Assembly: GCA_049513715.1 (NCBI GenBank)
Contig: JBEKVV010000003.1
Location: 384,001 to 448,000, forward strand
DNA from: Candidatus Bathyarchaeia archaeon
GTDB lineage: Archaea; Thermoproteota; Bathyarchaeia; 40CM-2-53-6
Direction: 5' to 3'
Length of the DNA: 64,000 nt
Shown: in pieces, positions 1-10,216 of the stretch
Position numbering within the stretch: the stretch's first letter is position 1
Layout of the letters: every line of letters begins with the position of its first letter
The notes under the pieces: model-generated
Database searches by the model: none
What the model was told of the DNA's origin: nothing
What the model saw: only the letters and a program-made list of their open reading frames with translations
Program-made: the position numbers and the translations under genes

Positions 1-760
1 CCTCGACAACCTCTTTGGCGGAAACGTGGACGATGTGCATTCGGGCGCCTGCAGCCCGCGCAATGTAACCACTCCTCAAAGTGGCTTCGCCTTCAGCGAT
101 TCCCGGTTTCGATTCGAGGTACGCCTTCAAGTCCCGACCACCCTTCGCCTTGACTTTCTTTGCAAAGTATTCTATCATCTCACCGTTCTCTGCATGTACC
201 GCCCAGGGGCGGTTCGTTTTCGCCACAGCTGCCAACACGTCGAAGAAAGAACCGTCGTCCGTGGGGTAGATGCCCATCATGTCTTTTTCTCGGCCGGGAT
301 AAATCATTGTGAAAGTCTTGTAAGCGGCGGCGCCAAGAGTGGCGAGTTTCTCAATTTCCTGAATATTATGTGTGCCCGCGCCGGCGTACAACGCGAAATC
401 AACTACACTCTTCTTGTTTGCCGCCGCCAACTTAGCTTGAAAACCCTCGACTGTGGAGGTGGGAGGTATTGTGGTGGGCATTTCTATGCATGTGGTTAGC
501 CCGCCTGCGGCGGCGCTTTTGGTACCGCTTTCGAAATCTTCAAAACTCGACCTTTCAAGGTCGCGAAAATGTGAATGCGCGTCTATGCATCCTGGAAGCA
601 CCAAGTTGCCTTTGGCGTCGATGACTTCTCCAGCCGACGGTGCTGAGGCATTTTTCGTTATGGATTGGATCTGGCCGTTTCGAATTCCTATCGCGCCGTC
701 GTATGAGCCTTCGGCTGTGATTATTCGCGCATTCTTGACAAGTAGGTCTACTTGATTCAA
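1..760 (-). CDS. Cyclic amidohydrolase, dihydroorotase/allantoinase family (3' end runs off the window)
   Basis: Not in the ORF track. Manual translation from TTG at 760 gives MNQVDLLVKNARII...VLPGCIDAHSHFRD...AAAGGLTTCIEMP...AYKTF...VHAEN...HIVHVS, i.e. the HxH, carbamylated Lys and His metal ligands. Confidence 0.9.
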   Translation of the reverse strand, partial: MNQVDLLVKNARIITAEGSYDGAIGIRNGQIQSITKNASAPSAGEVIDAKGNLVLPGCIDAHSHFRDLERSSFEDFESGTKSAAAGGLTTCIEMPTTIPPTSTVEGFQAKLAAANKKSVVDFALYAGAGTHNIQEIEKLATLGAAAYKTFTMIYPGREKDMMGIYPTDDGSFFDVLAAVAKTNRPWAVHAENGEMIEYFAKKVKAKGGRDLKAYLESKPGIAEGEATLRSGYIARAAGARMHIVHVSAKEVVE

Positions 761-928
761 ATTGAATCGCAGCAGCAAACAATAAAGCTCGATAAATGCG
801 TTTAGGTGTAATCCGTTCGATTATTCGAAATCCTTTCTCAACGGAGGAAACGTCCCATCCAAACGTGTTGGACTCGCAACGAAAACCGTTTCGAGATAAG
901 TAATTTCCAATTTGCTTCTTGAGTGAGG

Positions 929-1339
929 TCAATCCCACCGCGGTACGTAGATGTGGTCAGCGATTATCTTGAGGATGACTCGTTTTTCGCCTGGCTCCCG
1001 GTGTTGCTCCGGGTACTTTTCTACATCCATGTATTTCTTTGCCAGCTTGTCGGCATGGTCTTCAGCTAGCCGGCCCGCGATTTGCGCGATTACTCGCCCC
1101 TGCAGGGCCACAAACCTGTATGGATTAATTTGGTCGATCACGAAGACGGCGACGCGTGGGTCTCTTGTGGTGTTCTTCTGCTTCACCCGACCGATAGCCG
1201 TGTTAATGAGCACATATTCTCCGTCAGTGTCGACCCAGGTTGGTGTTACTTGCGGAGACCCGTCCGGATTGATTGTGGCGAGAGATGCGATGTTCTTACC
1301 TTCCATTAGCTTGAGGGCGGTCGCATCCAGTTTTGTCAT
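929..1339 (-). CDS. PPOX-class F420-dependent oxidoreductase
   Basis: LATINPDGSPQVTPTW, R-x-K-x-x-N...RDPRVA motifs; 136 aa. Confidence 0.85.
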   Translation of the reverse strand: MTKLDATALKLMEGKNIASLATINPDGSPQVTPTWVDTDGEYVLINTAIGRVKQKNTTRDPRVAVFVIDQINPYRFVALQGRVIAQIAGRLAEDHADKLAKKYMDVEKYPEQHREPGEKRVILKIIADHIYVPRWD

Positions 1340-1446
1340 GACGCATCAATTTGGGAAATCCCATCCTATCCCCATATATGGGATACCTACCGGTGCCCAT
1401 TGTTGAGGGTCGAGGCCCAAATTCTCGTATCCAAGCCCGATTGCGA

Positions 1447-1974
1447 TCAGGAATAAATCGGTATTTCGTTGCCGTTCAGCACAAGCTGTCGTTGAAGTGG
1501 AGGTGGGTGGCGAAGCGTGTTGTAGGCTGGACAACCATCTTCAACGGCCTTCAGCCATTCGCGAATTCGCTCGGGTGACTCAGGTGACTGGATTCGAATC
1601 TCGTATTTTATGTCCTGCATTGCAGCGGAGACTCCCGGGAATCCATAGCAGCCCCTCTCATTGACGAGCCCACGAACCGATATCTCAACACTGTCCAGTT
1701 GGAGGTTCATGAGCGCTGCATGGGCCGCGCCGATGGAAAGCTGACAGAACGCAAATCCCGCAAGAAAGTACTCGAGCGGTGCTGGTCCCTCTCCTCGCCC
1801 ACCGCGTTCATCCGGCTCATCGCTTACGAAAACGAAAGGCCCCGCTTGCGCTTCACATCTGAAGCGCTGAACCAAACGCACCACACGAACACGATTAGGA
1901 TTTAGGCCATACTGCGGCTCAGATTTGAGTCGTCCAATCATGTGCTCTATTTCGGTTTTTGTCGGAAGGTGCAT
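1447..1974 (-). CDS. OsmC/Ohr family protein
   Basis: SDEP...GGRGEGPAPLEYFLAGFAFC and second Cys in DGCPA. Confidence 0.85.
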   Translation of the reverse strand: MHLPTKTEIEHMIGRLKSEPQYGLNPNRVRVVRLVQRFRCEAQAGPFVFVSDEPDERGGRGEGPAPLEYFLAGFAFCQLSIGAAHAALMNLQLDSVEISVRGLVNERGCYGFPGVSAAMQDIKYEIRIQSPESPERIREWLKAVEDGCPAYNTLRHPPPLQRQLVLNGNEIPIYS

Positions 1975-2435
1975 GTTCTGCCGTCCGCGTTGCGTAGCCC
2001 GGTTCTACAATATATTTGTGGGTTTTCTTGTGTGGAACTATACAGATGCACGATCTAAGGCAGACATGCAACGGAAAAATCCATCAGGTCGCATTTCTGA
2101 ATGAGGTATTGAGGCTCACCATGAGTTTCAGCAGTGCTTGCAGAAGTGGGAGGGTAATGGCCTTTGCTAATCCTAGTGCCTCCACAGATTCTCAAGACGC
2201 TCAGTGTTCGCATTTTCATTCATGATTGTTCTTACAGCTCGCCCGTCGTGTTGGCCGAGCTTTTTTCTGATTTTGGGTCAGATAGCACAAGTCAAAATTA
2301 CTACACGCGGTAGCATTCAAACAGACCCCAAGAACCTCTCGTGACCTTTTACCCTGCTTTTTTCGTGACCATACTTTCGTCAGAATAACGGTTAGCAGCA
2401 GTGTCCCAGCCACTGAGATTGCTAACGCTCCATAT

Positions 2436-2753
2436 GGAATCGACGTTGGGCCAGCCATGTACTTTGCCAAGATTGAATATGCCCTTGACTACCTGGGCGC
2501 CAAAGAATGGTGGGCCACATTCGAAAGCTACATCGGGCTAAGAATCATGGGAACCGAATGGGCTCCCAAACAGAAACCGTTCCCCGACATGCAACATGAA
2601 CTCGGCGGCTCACGCATCTTCTACACAACCAAAGAAGACTGGGAAAACTTCACGAAAAAGAAGTACGCCCGCTACATCGGTGAGAGACCCCCACCAAAAG
2701 AACTGCTAGCCAAATCGCAGAAATTCAAGATTCCAGAAAAAGCAGACGTCTAA
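2436..2753 (+). pseudogene. 5'-truncated paralog of the GNAT-like protein at 25810-26565
   Basis: 98-aa ORF aligns without gaps to the last 98 aa of the 251-aa protein (51/98 identical by manual count); similarity extends upstream only to GIDVGPA at about 2436. Confidence 0.8.
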
Positions 2754-2769
2754 CCCAACGACTATCAAA

Positions 2770-3633
2770 TTACGCAGGCCGCTCATGAACACGCCCCCGT
2801 CGCAGAACCACAATCACCGCAATTGCCCCCAACACAACAATAGCGAAAGCGCTGTAAAGTTGCCACGGAGCAACTCCCCCCAAGATCGTGATTGAATCCA
2901 CATTCAGCACCTCCACTTCAGAGTATGCGGGAAGGCTGACATCATTTCCCTCCCAGATGGCTCGGATATGCCATTGCCCCGGCATGTCAGGCGAGAATCT
3001 GCCTTCATAGTACCCTCCAGGGTACGGTCCGCCGGTCGCGTTGAGGGCTACGTGCATCATTATGGATGTGTTGTCAGGACGAATTAGGGCCACAACCACA
3101 TGGTCTTGGAGGCATGGGATGCAAGCAAACAAGAGGCCGTTGAATTCAACTTCTCGCCCATGGCTGGCTTGATTCGTGGATAGGTAGAGTGAGAGGCTCG
3201 GCTGGATCACAACGGTGAATGTCTTTGTGGATGAAGTTGCTTGGTAACCTAGTTGGCTTGAAAATGAAGCATTAACGACCCATGGACCTATTCGTAGAAG
3301 ATAGGTTGTATTCACGATATCTTGAAAGAGACCGCTAGGATTCGACGTAATCATAGACACTTCACGAGTTGCGTTTGTGTCTCCCACCCTATTGTACTGC
3401 AAGCTGACTGACAGAAGAGGTATCGGACGATCATCCGATGTGGATGAAAGTCGTCCATTAACAATCAGGAGATCCCCTCGGAGAGGCCTGTCGTTACTGA
3501 AGGATAGTTCTATCTTCGCGCCTTGAGGCGAGGATGAAACAGCAGATGGCGACCATGACCAGAATACGAGAATCATCAGAGACGCGAATAGGAAAACTTT
3601 GGCGAATTTCACGTACGAATTCCCTAGCTCCAC
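2770..3633 (-). CDS. Secreted/membrane-anchored protein with Ig-like beta domains
   Basis: N-terminal signal-like hydrophobic segment, beta-rich core (GQWHIRAIWEG), C-terminal TM helix followed by RRGR. Confidence 0.7.
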   Translation of the reverse strand: MELGNSYVKFAKVFLFASLMILVFWSWSPSAVSSSPQGAKIELSFSNDRPLRGDLLIVNGRLSSTSDDRPIPLLSVSLQYNRVGDTNATREVSMITSNPSGLFQDIVNTTYLLRIGPWVVNASFSSQLGYQATSSTKTFTVVIQPSLSLYLSTNQASHGREVEFNGLLFACIPCLQDHVVVALIRPDNTSIMMHVALNATGGPYPGGYYEGRFSPDMPGQWHIRAIWEGNDVSLPAYSEVEVLNVDSITILGGVAPWQLYSAFAIVVLGAIAVIVVLRRGRVHERPA

Positions 3634-3810
3634 TCCGACCCTCTCCCTTTCTGCTCCTATTTACTTTGCGACCATCGAACCGCTAATATACGTTGCCGGC
3701 TGCCAAATAGAGATTAAAGCACATAGAGTAATTTCCGCAAGTATGATCATTTCAGACGTGCCACAACACTCTTTAGCCCAATCATTGTGTGCAAGATAGT
3801 AGAACCCTGG

Positions 3811-5349
3811 ATGACGAATCCAAACACAACGCCCGAAAACGCACTCGTAGCTGAGGGCATAACGAAACGATTCGGCTCACTCGCAGCAAACGACAACGTC
3901 AATTTTACTGTAAAGCGCGGGGAGGTCCACGCTCTCCTAGGAGAGAATGGAGCAGGCAAAACTACTCTCTGCAACATGCTCTACGGCCTCTTGCGGCCTG
4001 ACTCAGGACGAATCCTGGTCGATGGAAAAGAGACACGCTTTCACTCGCCCCGCGATGCAATGAACGCGAAGATCGCTATGGTTCACCAGGAATTCATGCT
4101 CCTCAATCCAATGACTGTTGTCGAGAACGTTGCGGTAATGCAGAACGAAGGCTGGAGACATCCCCTCATAAAACGCGAAAGCTTGGAAAGCGAGATCGCC
4201 GAAGTCGCGAAACGAAATGGATTGGCCGTGGACCCGAATGCTACGATTCGCGAACTATCGGCTGGGCAGAGGCAGTCGGTGGAGATTGTGAAGGCCCTCT
4301 TCAAGGGCGCAAACATACTGATTCTCGACGAACCCACTTCCGTTCTCTCGCCCTTAGAAACCCGTGAACTTTTCTCTGCTTTGCGTCAAATGGCAAAAGC
4401 GGGGAAGTCTATCGTATTTGTCTCACACAAGATCGATGAGATACTTGCTGTCACTGACAACGTGACAGTCCTGAAACAGGGCAAAGTTGTAGCCACTGAA
4501 AGCACGAAGAAAGTGACGGGACCAGAACTGGCAAAGATGATAGTCGGCCGTGAGGTCCTATTTCGAACCCAGAAGCTAAGCGCCCAGATAACCAGCCCGT
4601 TCCTCGAACTAAATGACATAGATGCAGTTAACAACTTGGGACTCAACGCCCTAGAACAAGTCTCGATTTCCGTCAAGGGCGGAGAGATTCTTGGTATTGC
4701 GGGTATTGCTGGGAATGGTCAAAGGGAACTTGTCGAGGTTGCGACGGGTATCCGGAAACCTACTGCTGGGAAGATTTCTGTTATGGGTAAGGATGTGACG
4801 GGATGGGTTCCTGATGAGATTAGAGAACTAGGCCTAGCCCACATCCCTGAGGACCAGAAAGCAGGTTTGGTATTCGACTTCTCATTATCTGACAATTTGA
4901 TGATTGAACCACATGTGGCACGAATGTTTACAAAGGCTGGATTGCTCGATCGGCGGTCCATCGGCGCTGAACTGACCAAACTCATGTCGGAATATGACGT
5001 TCGCGCTCAGTCGCAAGCAGTTCCCATATGGACACTCTCAGGGGGAAATAAGCAGAAGTTCCTACTGTCAAGGGAACTCTTCTGGAACCCGAAAGTCATC
5101 ATTGCCCATAATCCCACGAAGGGCTTGGATGTAGCTGCCACTGAGTATACACGCAAAATCTTGATGAGAGAGAAGGAGAAAGGAAGGGCGATTCTGCTCA
5201 TATCCACTGAACTTGATGAACTCTTGGACATGAGCGACCGGATCGCGGTCATGTGCAATGGCAGGATTTCTGGAACCTTTCCGATCAATGCCGTCAAGAT
5301 TGAAGAGATAGCTATACTGATGACACAAAGTAAGTCTCATTCATCATAG
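3811..5349 (+). CDS. Nucleoside/sugar (CUT2-type) ABC transporter ATP-binding protein with two ABC domains
   Basis: GENGAGKTT, LSAGQRQ, LILDEPT, second domain LSGGNKQK; ATG at 3811 preferred over TTG at 3787. Confidence 0.93.
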   Translation: MTNPNTTPENALVAEGITKRFGSLAANDNVNFTVKRGEVHALLGENGAGKTTLCNMLYGLLRPDSGRILVDGKETRFHSPRDAMNAKIAMVHQEFMLLNPMTVVENVAVMQNEGWRHPLIKRESLESEIAEVAKRNGLAVDPNATIRELSAGQRQSVEIVKALFKGANILILDEPTSVLSPLETRELFSALRQMAKAGKSIVFVSHKIDEILAVTDNVTVLKQGKVVATESTKKVTGPELAKMIVGREVLFRTQKLSAQITSPFLELNDIDAVNNLGLNALEQVSISVKGGEILGIAGIAGNGQRELVEVATGIRKPTAGKISVMGKDVTGWVPDEIRELGLAHIPEDQKAGLVFDFSLSDNLMIEPHVARMFTKAGLLDRRSIGAELTKLMSEYDVRAQSQAVPIWTLSGGNKQKFLLSRELFWNPKVIIAHNPTKGLDVAATEYTRKILMREKEKGRAILLISTELDELLDMSDRIAVMCNGRISGTFPINAVKIEEIAILMTQSKSHSS

Positions 5350-5366
5350 AAAGAGACAGGCTGCCC

Positions 5367-6371
5367 CTATCCGCCTTTCTTGTAGGGCTCCATTAGAGCA
5401 GCGGGAGCCACCGCTCCTCTTCCCAGAATTGGAATCAAAGCAACAATCGTGATGTAGGGAAGCATGTTCAGAAAGAAGTACTTGACCGGAATCCCCGCGC
5501 CCTGCAAACCGAGCTGCAAGGAATCAACGAAACTGAAAATGATCAACGGTAAGAGCACTCGGTAAGGCTTCCACTTACCGAAGTAGATGAGTGCAAGTGC
5601 GATGAATCCGCGACTGAAAGTGACGTTTAGGATGAAAGTGCCTAGGAGGGTGGTTGTGTAGTATGCGCCGCCTGCGCCGGCAAATGCGGCGCCTATGAGC
5701 ACCGCGATGTATCGAATCTTGTAGACATCGACACCCATCGTTTCAGCTGCCCGCGGATTTTCACCTACAGCTCTAATCTTCACCCCAAGATTAGTTCTAT
5801 TCAGGAAGAAGTCGACAACAGGTATGAGCGCGATCGAAACGTAGACGATAGGGTTCTGTTGAAAGATGAATCTCCCAACCAAAGGCAGTGTTGAGAGAAC
5901 GGGAATATGCATGTCTCCGATTATTGGAATGGTGGCCGTAGCTCCTGAAGTGAAGAACGCCCGGTTCAGTGTGTCGGATAACCCTAACCCAAAAAGCCAG
6001 AGGCCGAGCCCGATTACAACCTGGTTGGTACGTAGGCTAACCGCGAAGAAGGCGAAAACGAGACCTAGAACGACTGTGAATCCCATTGCTGCAATCACCC
6101 CTATGAGAGGATTCCCAGTGAGGAAGGTTACAGCAAAGGCCATGAAAGCACCCATTAACATGAGGCCCTCCACTCCCAAGTTCAGAACACCAGATTTTTC
6201 CGCGATCAGCTCGCCTAGACAGGCTAACAAGAGTGCAGGAACCAACTTGAGAGTCTGGTAAAGAACTGCTTCCAGGAACAACATTCCAAACAGCTGGTAG
6301 ACCACAGCCATTCCCACTATGGCTATGACCGCTGCCAGAGCCAACGTTCTGATCGAATTTTTTCCTAGCAA
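5367..6371 (-). CDS. Nucleoside ABC transporter permease (NupC-like)
   Basis: EKSGVLNLGVEGLMLMGAF, RAVGENPRAAETMG, RGFIALA. Confidence 0.92.
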   Translation of the reverse strand: MLGKNSIRTLALAAVIAIVGMAVVYQLFGMLFLEAVLYQTLKLVPALLLACLGELIAEKSGVLNLGVEGLMLMGAFMAFAVTFLTGNPLIGVIAAMGFTVVLGLVFAFFAVSLRTNQVVIGLGLWLFGLGLSDTLNRAFFTSGATATIPIIGDMHIPVLSTLPLVGRFIFQQNPIVYVSIALIPVVDFFLNRTNLGVKIRAVGENPRAAETMGVDVYKIRYIAVLIGAAFAGAGGAYYTTTLLGTFILNVTFSRGFIALALIYFGKWKPYRVLLPLIIFSFVDSLQLGLQGAGIPVKYFFLNMLPYITIVALIPILGRGAVAPAALMEPYKKGG

Positions 6372-6378
6372 GGAGAAT

Positions 6379-7380
6379 TCACGACTTTCTCCGTCCCATG
6401 AGGTATTGACCGGCTGCTAAGCTGAAGAGGATGATTCCTTCGATTGTGTAGACTAATGCGAAAGGAACTTGGGCAGCGCTTTGCATTGCTTCGGCGCCAA
6501 CGACAAAGTAGCTTATGACAAGGGAAGCTACAGCGGTGCCTATTACAGACGTCCCACCAAGCATCGCGACGACTATTGCAATGTAGCCATAGCCCGACGG
6601 GTAACCTGGGTCGAGAGTGAATATCACGCCGCTTACGTGAATAGCTCCAGCGAGGCCTGCCATCGCACCCGCTAGAAGCAGAGTAACCATGTAGACTCTC
6701 GGAATGCTGATACCCGCATATCTTGCGGCCTCTTGATTCCTTCCCACAGTTCTAACTTGAAGTCCGAATGAGGTCCTCTCACTTAGCAAATAGAAGACAA
6801 GCACCAAACCGACCGCGATCACGATACCGAATCCAAGCCTTGTCGCAGGAATTAGTTTCGGAATTCTCAGGTCAGGGGGTAACATATCTGAGATTAGATA
6901 ACCAAACGAAGCTTTCCCCCGAATGGGTCCGTCGAGAGCATAAAGTAGGAAGTTCGATGCAACAAGATTTAGCAGAAGAGTGACTACGATCTCATTGGCT
7001 CCAAACCTAGCCTTCAGGAGCGCCGGAACAACCATCCACAGCAGGCCCCCTGCGGCGCCTGCCAACATCATCAGAACAACTAGAATTGGGGCCGGTATCG
7101 AGTTGACGTGGAAGGCAACGTACATCGCCATAACGCTCCCAACAATGAACTGTCCTTCGGCGCCAACATTCCAAACTCCAGCTCTCATACCAAGTGCGAT
7201 ACCCAAACCCATGATTAGGAGTACGGTTACTCGAACGAAAATCTCACTAAAAGAGTAGACACTAGATATCGGGCTTAACAAAAGGGAGATCGAGGCTGCT
7301 CTAAGGTCGCCACCTATCGCGGCGACTAGAGTTAGCCCCGAAACTATGCCGACTGCCAGTGCGAGGGCGTTGTAGCCCAC
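6379..7380 (-). CDS. Nucleoside ABC transporter permease (NupB-like)
   Basis: WNVGAEGQ, ANEIVVTLLLN, AARYAGI; GTG at 7380 avoids overlap with the BMP gene (open frame extends to 7434). Confidence 0.9.
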   Translation of the reverse strand: MGYNALALAVGIVSGLTLVAAIGGDLRAASISLLLSPISSVYSFSEIFVRVTVLLIMGLGIALGMRAGVWNVGAEGQFIVGSVMAMYVAFHVNSIPAPILVVLMMLAGAAGGLLWMVVPALLKARFGANEIVVTLLLNLVASNFLLYALDGPIRGKASFGYLISDMLPPDLRIPKLIPATRLGFGIVIAVGLVLVFYLLSERTSFGLQVRTVGRNQEAARYAGISIPRVYMVTLLLAGAMAGLAGAIHVSGVIFTLDPGYPSGYGYIAIVVAMLGGTSVIGTAVASLVISYFVVGAEAMQSAAQVPFALVYTIEGIILFSLAAGQYLMGRRKS

Positions 7381-7394
7381 GCCACGTAGTCGTG

Positions 7395-8501
7395 CTACGG
7401 TTTGCACTGCGGTTGGTTTGCGTTGTCGAAGCACGTTGGATCCAACGTGTATGGAAGACCATTCAATCTAATGTTAAATTGTTGTTGTAGGAGCGCAGCC
7501 TGGAAGTTCGCAGGCACTGTAGACCCAAATTCGCCTAGGGAAACCATGCCGGAGAACAGGTCTGCTTGCAGCCAGATGTTCTTGTAATCGCCTCTGACGT
7601 AAGATGCGAGCGCTGAAAGGTACGCAATGTCCCAGTGCACTACGATGCTTTGCATTATGTGTGTTGGATCTAGGTGTGCTGCGTCTGTGTAGCATCCGGT
7701 CATCATTATGTTTCTTTCCGCAGCCGCTTGTCTGACTCCGACGTCAACTCCATCTCCACTGCTGAAAATGAAATCAACGCCCTGGTCTGCCATTTGTTCT
7801 GCTGACTTCTTTGCCCCCGCTACGTCCGCCCACGAGAACGGCATCCATGTTTGAATGAACGTTACGCTTGGGTTCGAGTGCAATGCACCGCGCATGAATG
7901 CCTCGTGGCCTTCCCAGATTGAGGGAACTCGGCCGCCACCAATCAAGCCGAGCTTGTTGGTCTTGGTCATGTTTCCTGCTAGGAGACCCATCAGGTAGGC
8001 ACTGTCAGCCATGTACCACCACACATCACCAACGTTACTTGGATCAGTGCCATCATGGCCGCCTTTGAAGCAGTCGACGCAAAGGAAGAGGGTGTTGGGG
8101 AACTGTGGAGCGATTTTGATGAACATGTCTTGGTATTGAATACCCTGTCCAATGATCACATTGTAGCCCTGGGTTGCCCATTGAGTGGCAACTGGTTCAG
8201 CTTTGGTTCCATCAAACAGGTTTTCTGCTACAGAAGCGTTGAAGCCAAACTGATCGCCCAGTAACTTGATAGAATGATCCGCTTGGTAGTTCCATGAATA
8301 GTCTTCTGGCGTTATTGGCAGAATAAGGCCTACTTTGAGTTTCGCGAAAGCGCTGGCCATCTCACCGGTGACCGTTGTAGTTACTGTAGTCATTGCGCCC
8401 CCGCCTTGACTAGGCATCATAGAGGGGCCGACGAAAATACCGATTACGAGTCCGACGACGAGCATTACGATCATAGCAACCGCTGTGATAGATTGTTTCA
8501 T
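7395..8501 (-). CDS. BMP-family ABC transporter substrate-binding protein (nucleoside/nucleobase)
   Basis: D-x-SWN, AYLMGLLAGNMTKTNKLGLIGG, W-x-D...K motifs; N-terminal TM anchor and Thr-rich linker. Confidence 0.9.
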   Translation of the reverse strand: MKQSITAVAMIVMLVVGLVIGIFVGPSMMPSQGGGAMTTVTTTVTGEMASAFAKLKVGLILPITPEDYSWNYQADHSIKLLGDQFGFNASVAENLFDGTKAEPVATQWATQGYNVIIGQGIQYQDMFIKIAPQFPNTLFLCVDCFKGGHDGTDPSNVGDVWWYMADSAYLMGLLAGNMTKTNKLGLIGGGRVPSIWEGHEAFMRGALHSNPSVTFIQTWMPFSWADVAGAKKSAEQMADQGVDFIFSSGDGVDVGVRQAAAERNIMMTGCYTDAAHLDPTHIMQSIVVHWDIAYLSALASYVRGDYKNIWLQADLFSGMVSLGEFGSTVPANFQAALLQQQFNIRLNGLPYTLDPTCFDNANQPQCKP

Positions 8502-8918
8502 ATTTTCTCAGAGTTGGGAAGCTCCCCTTTTACATTAAAGGCTTTGCAATGAAAGTCTTACACGAAAAATGAGAATGGGTACTGTAATAATTCACAATAC
8601 TTCCATCTACTATCCGCTGCTCAGAACGCCTTATGAGAGGCTAATGCCAAGGCCAATGCCAGTTTAAGAACCCCAAGAATCGGCACGCACCCCGTCGACA
8701 ATACACCGATAGGACAGTTGCACTTTACGATGTGGAGTCAATGCCGAAAAAGTGGACATCTAAGCACGTACCCGGCCCAACATAGACGCAAGGTTAGTCT
8801 ACGTCGGTTGAGATGGGAATCGAAATTGATTCCATCAAAGGTGCCTCATGTTGTCAGTTTGATGGACGGAAGATAAATCTGGGACTCGGCAGAGTCCTAA
8901 CATGAAAGGGTAAGCAAA

Positions 8919-9218
8919 TTGCCAATCAAGGTCAAACTGCACGGCCGGATTAGAACAGCTGTCGGCTCGGACGAAATAGAACTCCCGGGTGCAGTGAATA
9001 CTGCCGGTGAACTACTAGAAGGACTGGTGCGCAAACTTGGACCCGATGTTAGTCGATACATATTCGACCCTGGAACGAATGAGATGAGCCCAACCCTAGT
9101 TCTGCTTGTAAACGGCCACAGCATCAAAATGCTTGAAGGCTTGAGAACCACACTAGTCGAACGAGATACAGTCTCGATCGATAGCGTTGACATTATGGAA
9201 ATAGTAGGAGGGGGATGA
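8919..9218 (+). CDS. MoaD/ThiS/SAMP ubiquitin-like sulfur carrier
   Basis: Beta-grasp pattern, LLVNG, C-terminal GGG. Confidence 0.85.
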   Translation: MPIKVKLHGRIRTAVGSDEIELPGAVNTAGELLEGLVRKLGPDVSRYIFDPGTNEMSPTLVLLVNGHSIKMLEGLRTTLVERDTVSIDSVDIMEIVGGG

Positions 9219-9269
9219 CCGAAGGAAGAGAAGGAAACAAAGAAGAGCGAAACCGAAGCCGACGTCGCG

Positions 9270-10037
9270 CTAGTCTACGAAAGCAACGACTCTAGCGAAG
9301 GCTGCTTCTCCTCCACGGAACTTCCAAGGGAAGCATCCAATAGTAACACGCTTGTTCAGGAGTTTCTCAATGTCTCCCCCTAGGTTCTCTATGTGTATGC
9401 AGTCGTGTGGGAAGAGCACGTTGTGTGTGAGTTGGTAATCTTCCTCAGGGAAGAGCTTGTCAACATTCTCCTTCCCAAATTTCTTTTCGCATAGCGCGCG
9501 AACCTTTGGAGCAACCCGTGGCAAGAATCTTCCAATGGGCAGGTTCATGGGGTGATCCGTTGAGACTGCGTCCACTCCCCAGAGTTTGATCTTTCGGCCC
9601 AATATCCAGTCGCACCACTCCCTTGTAGGGCCAGGGTGTCGGTGAATATACCGTTCCTCGTCGGCCATCCCTTGGGGTTGGTACCAGCTATATCTGTGAA
9701 ATCCCGTATGCAGAATCAGGATGTCCCCGTCGTGTAGGTCGACCCGTTTTTCAACCATCTGTGGAGTATAGATGCCGAGATCTCCAACATCGCTTACGTC
9801 AACGATGACTCCTGGACCGTACAGTTGTTCCAGCGGAATCTTCTCAATGTCCTTTCCGCCTGTAACGAAATGTAGGGGCGCATCAAGGTGCGTTCCCATA
9901 TGGTTTGAGGTTTGTATGTACTGAGCGTTTACTCCGTGTTCCGCTTTTCTCTTGATGAATTTGACCTCAAAGGGCGGATATAACGGCCAGAAAGGCGCTT
10001 CTTGATTAAGAGGCTGTGATAAGTCGACCAGTTTCAT
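9270..10037 (-). CDS. Cyclase-family (kynurenine formamidase-like) metal-dependent hydrolase
   Basis: HMGTHLDAP (HxGTHxDxP), GVDAVSTD, H...ENL. Confidence 0.92.
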   Translation of the reverse strand: MKLVDLSQPLNQEAPFWPLYPPFEVKFIKRKAEHGVNAQYIQTSNHMGTHLDAPLHFVTGGKDIEKIPLEQLYGPGVIVDVSDVGDLGIYTPQMVEKRVDLHDGDILILHTGFHRYSWYQPQGMADEERYIHRHPGPTREWCDWILGRKIKLWGVDAVSTDHPMNLPIGRFLPRVAPKVRALCEKKFGKENVDKLFPEEDYQLTHNVLFPHDCIHIENLGGDIEKLLNKRVTIGCFPWKFRGGEAAFARVVAFVD

Positions 10038-10216
10038 TTCTGAACCTCACCCTAGGAGCTTCGCGGCAGAATTTAAGAGCTACGTAAATAAAACGACTTT
10101 GGACAGTAGACTGGAATCAACACTTTTCGACAAGGACTACGACGCTATTCTTAACCTTAGAATTCGGGCATCACAGCAATATAGCTGGGTCAGGTGACCT
10201 CTTTCGTGTATCCCTT

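Noticed and set aside
26..938. ORF-track ORFs 26-499, 81-269, 453-755 and 555-938
   Set aside because: They are shadows of the minus-strand amidohydrolase (1-760) that the track missed. The many other short antisense ORFs overlapping confident genes were dismissed for the same reason.
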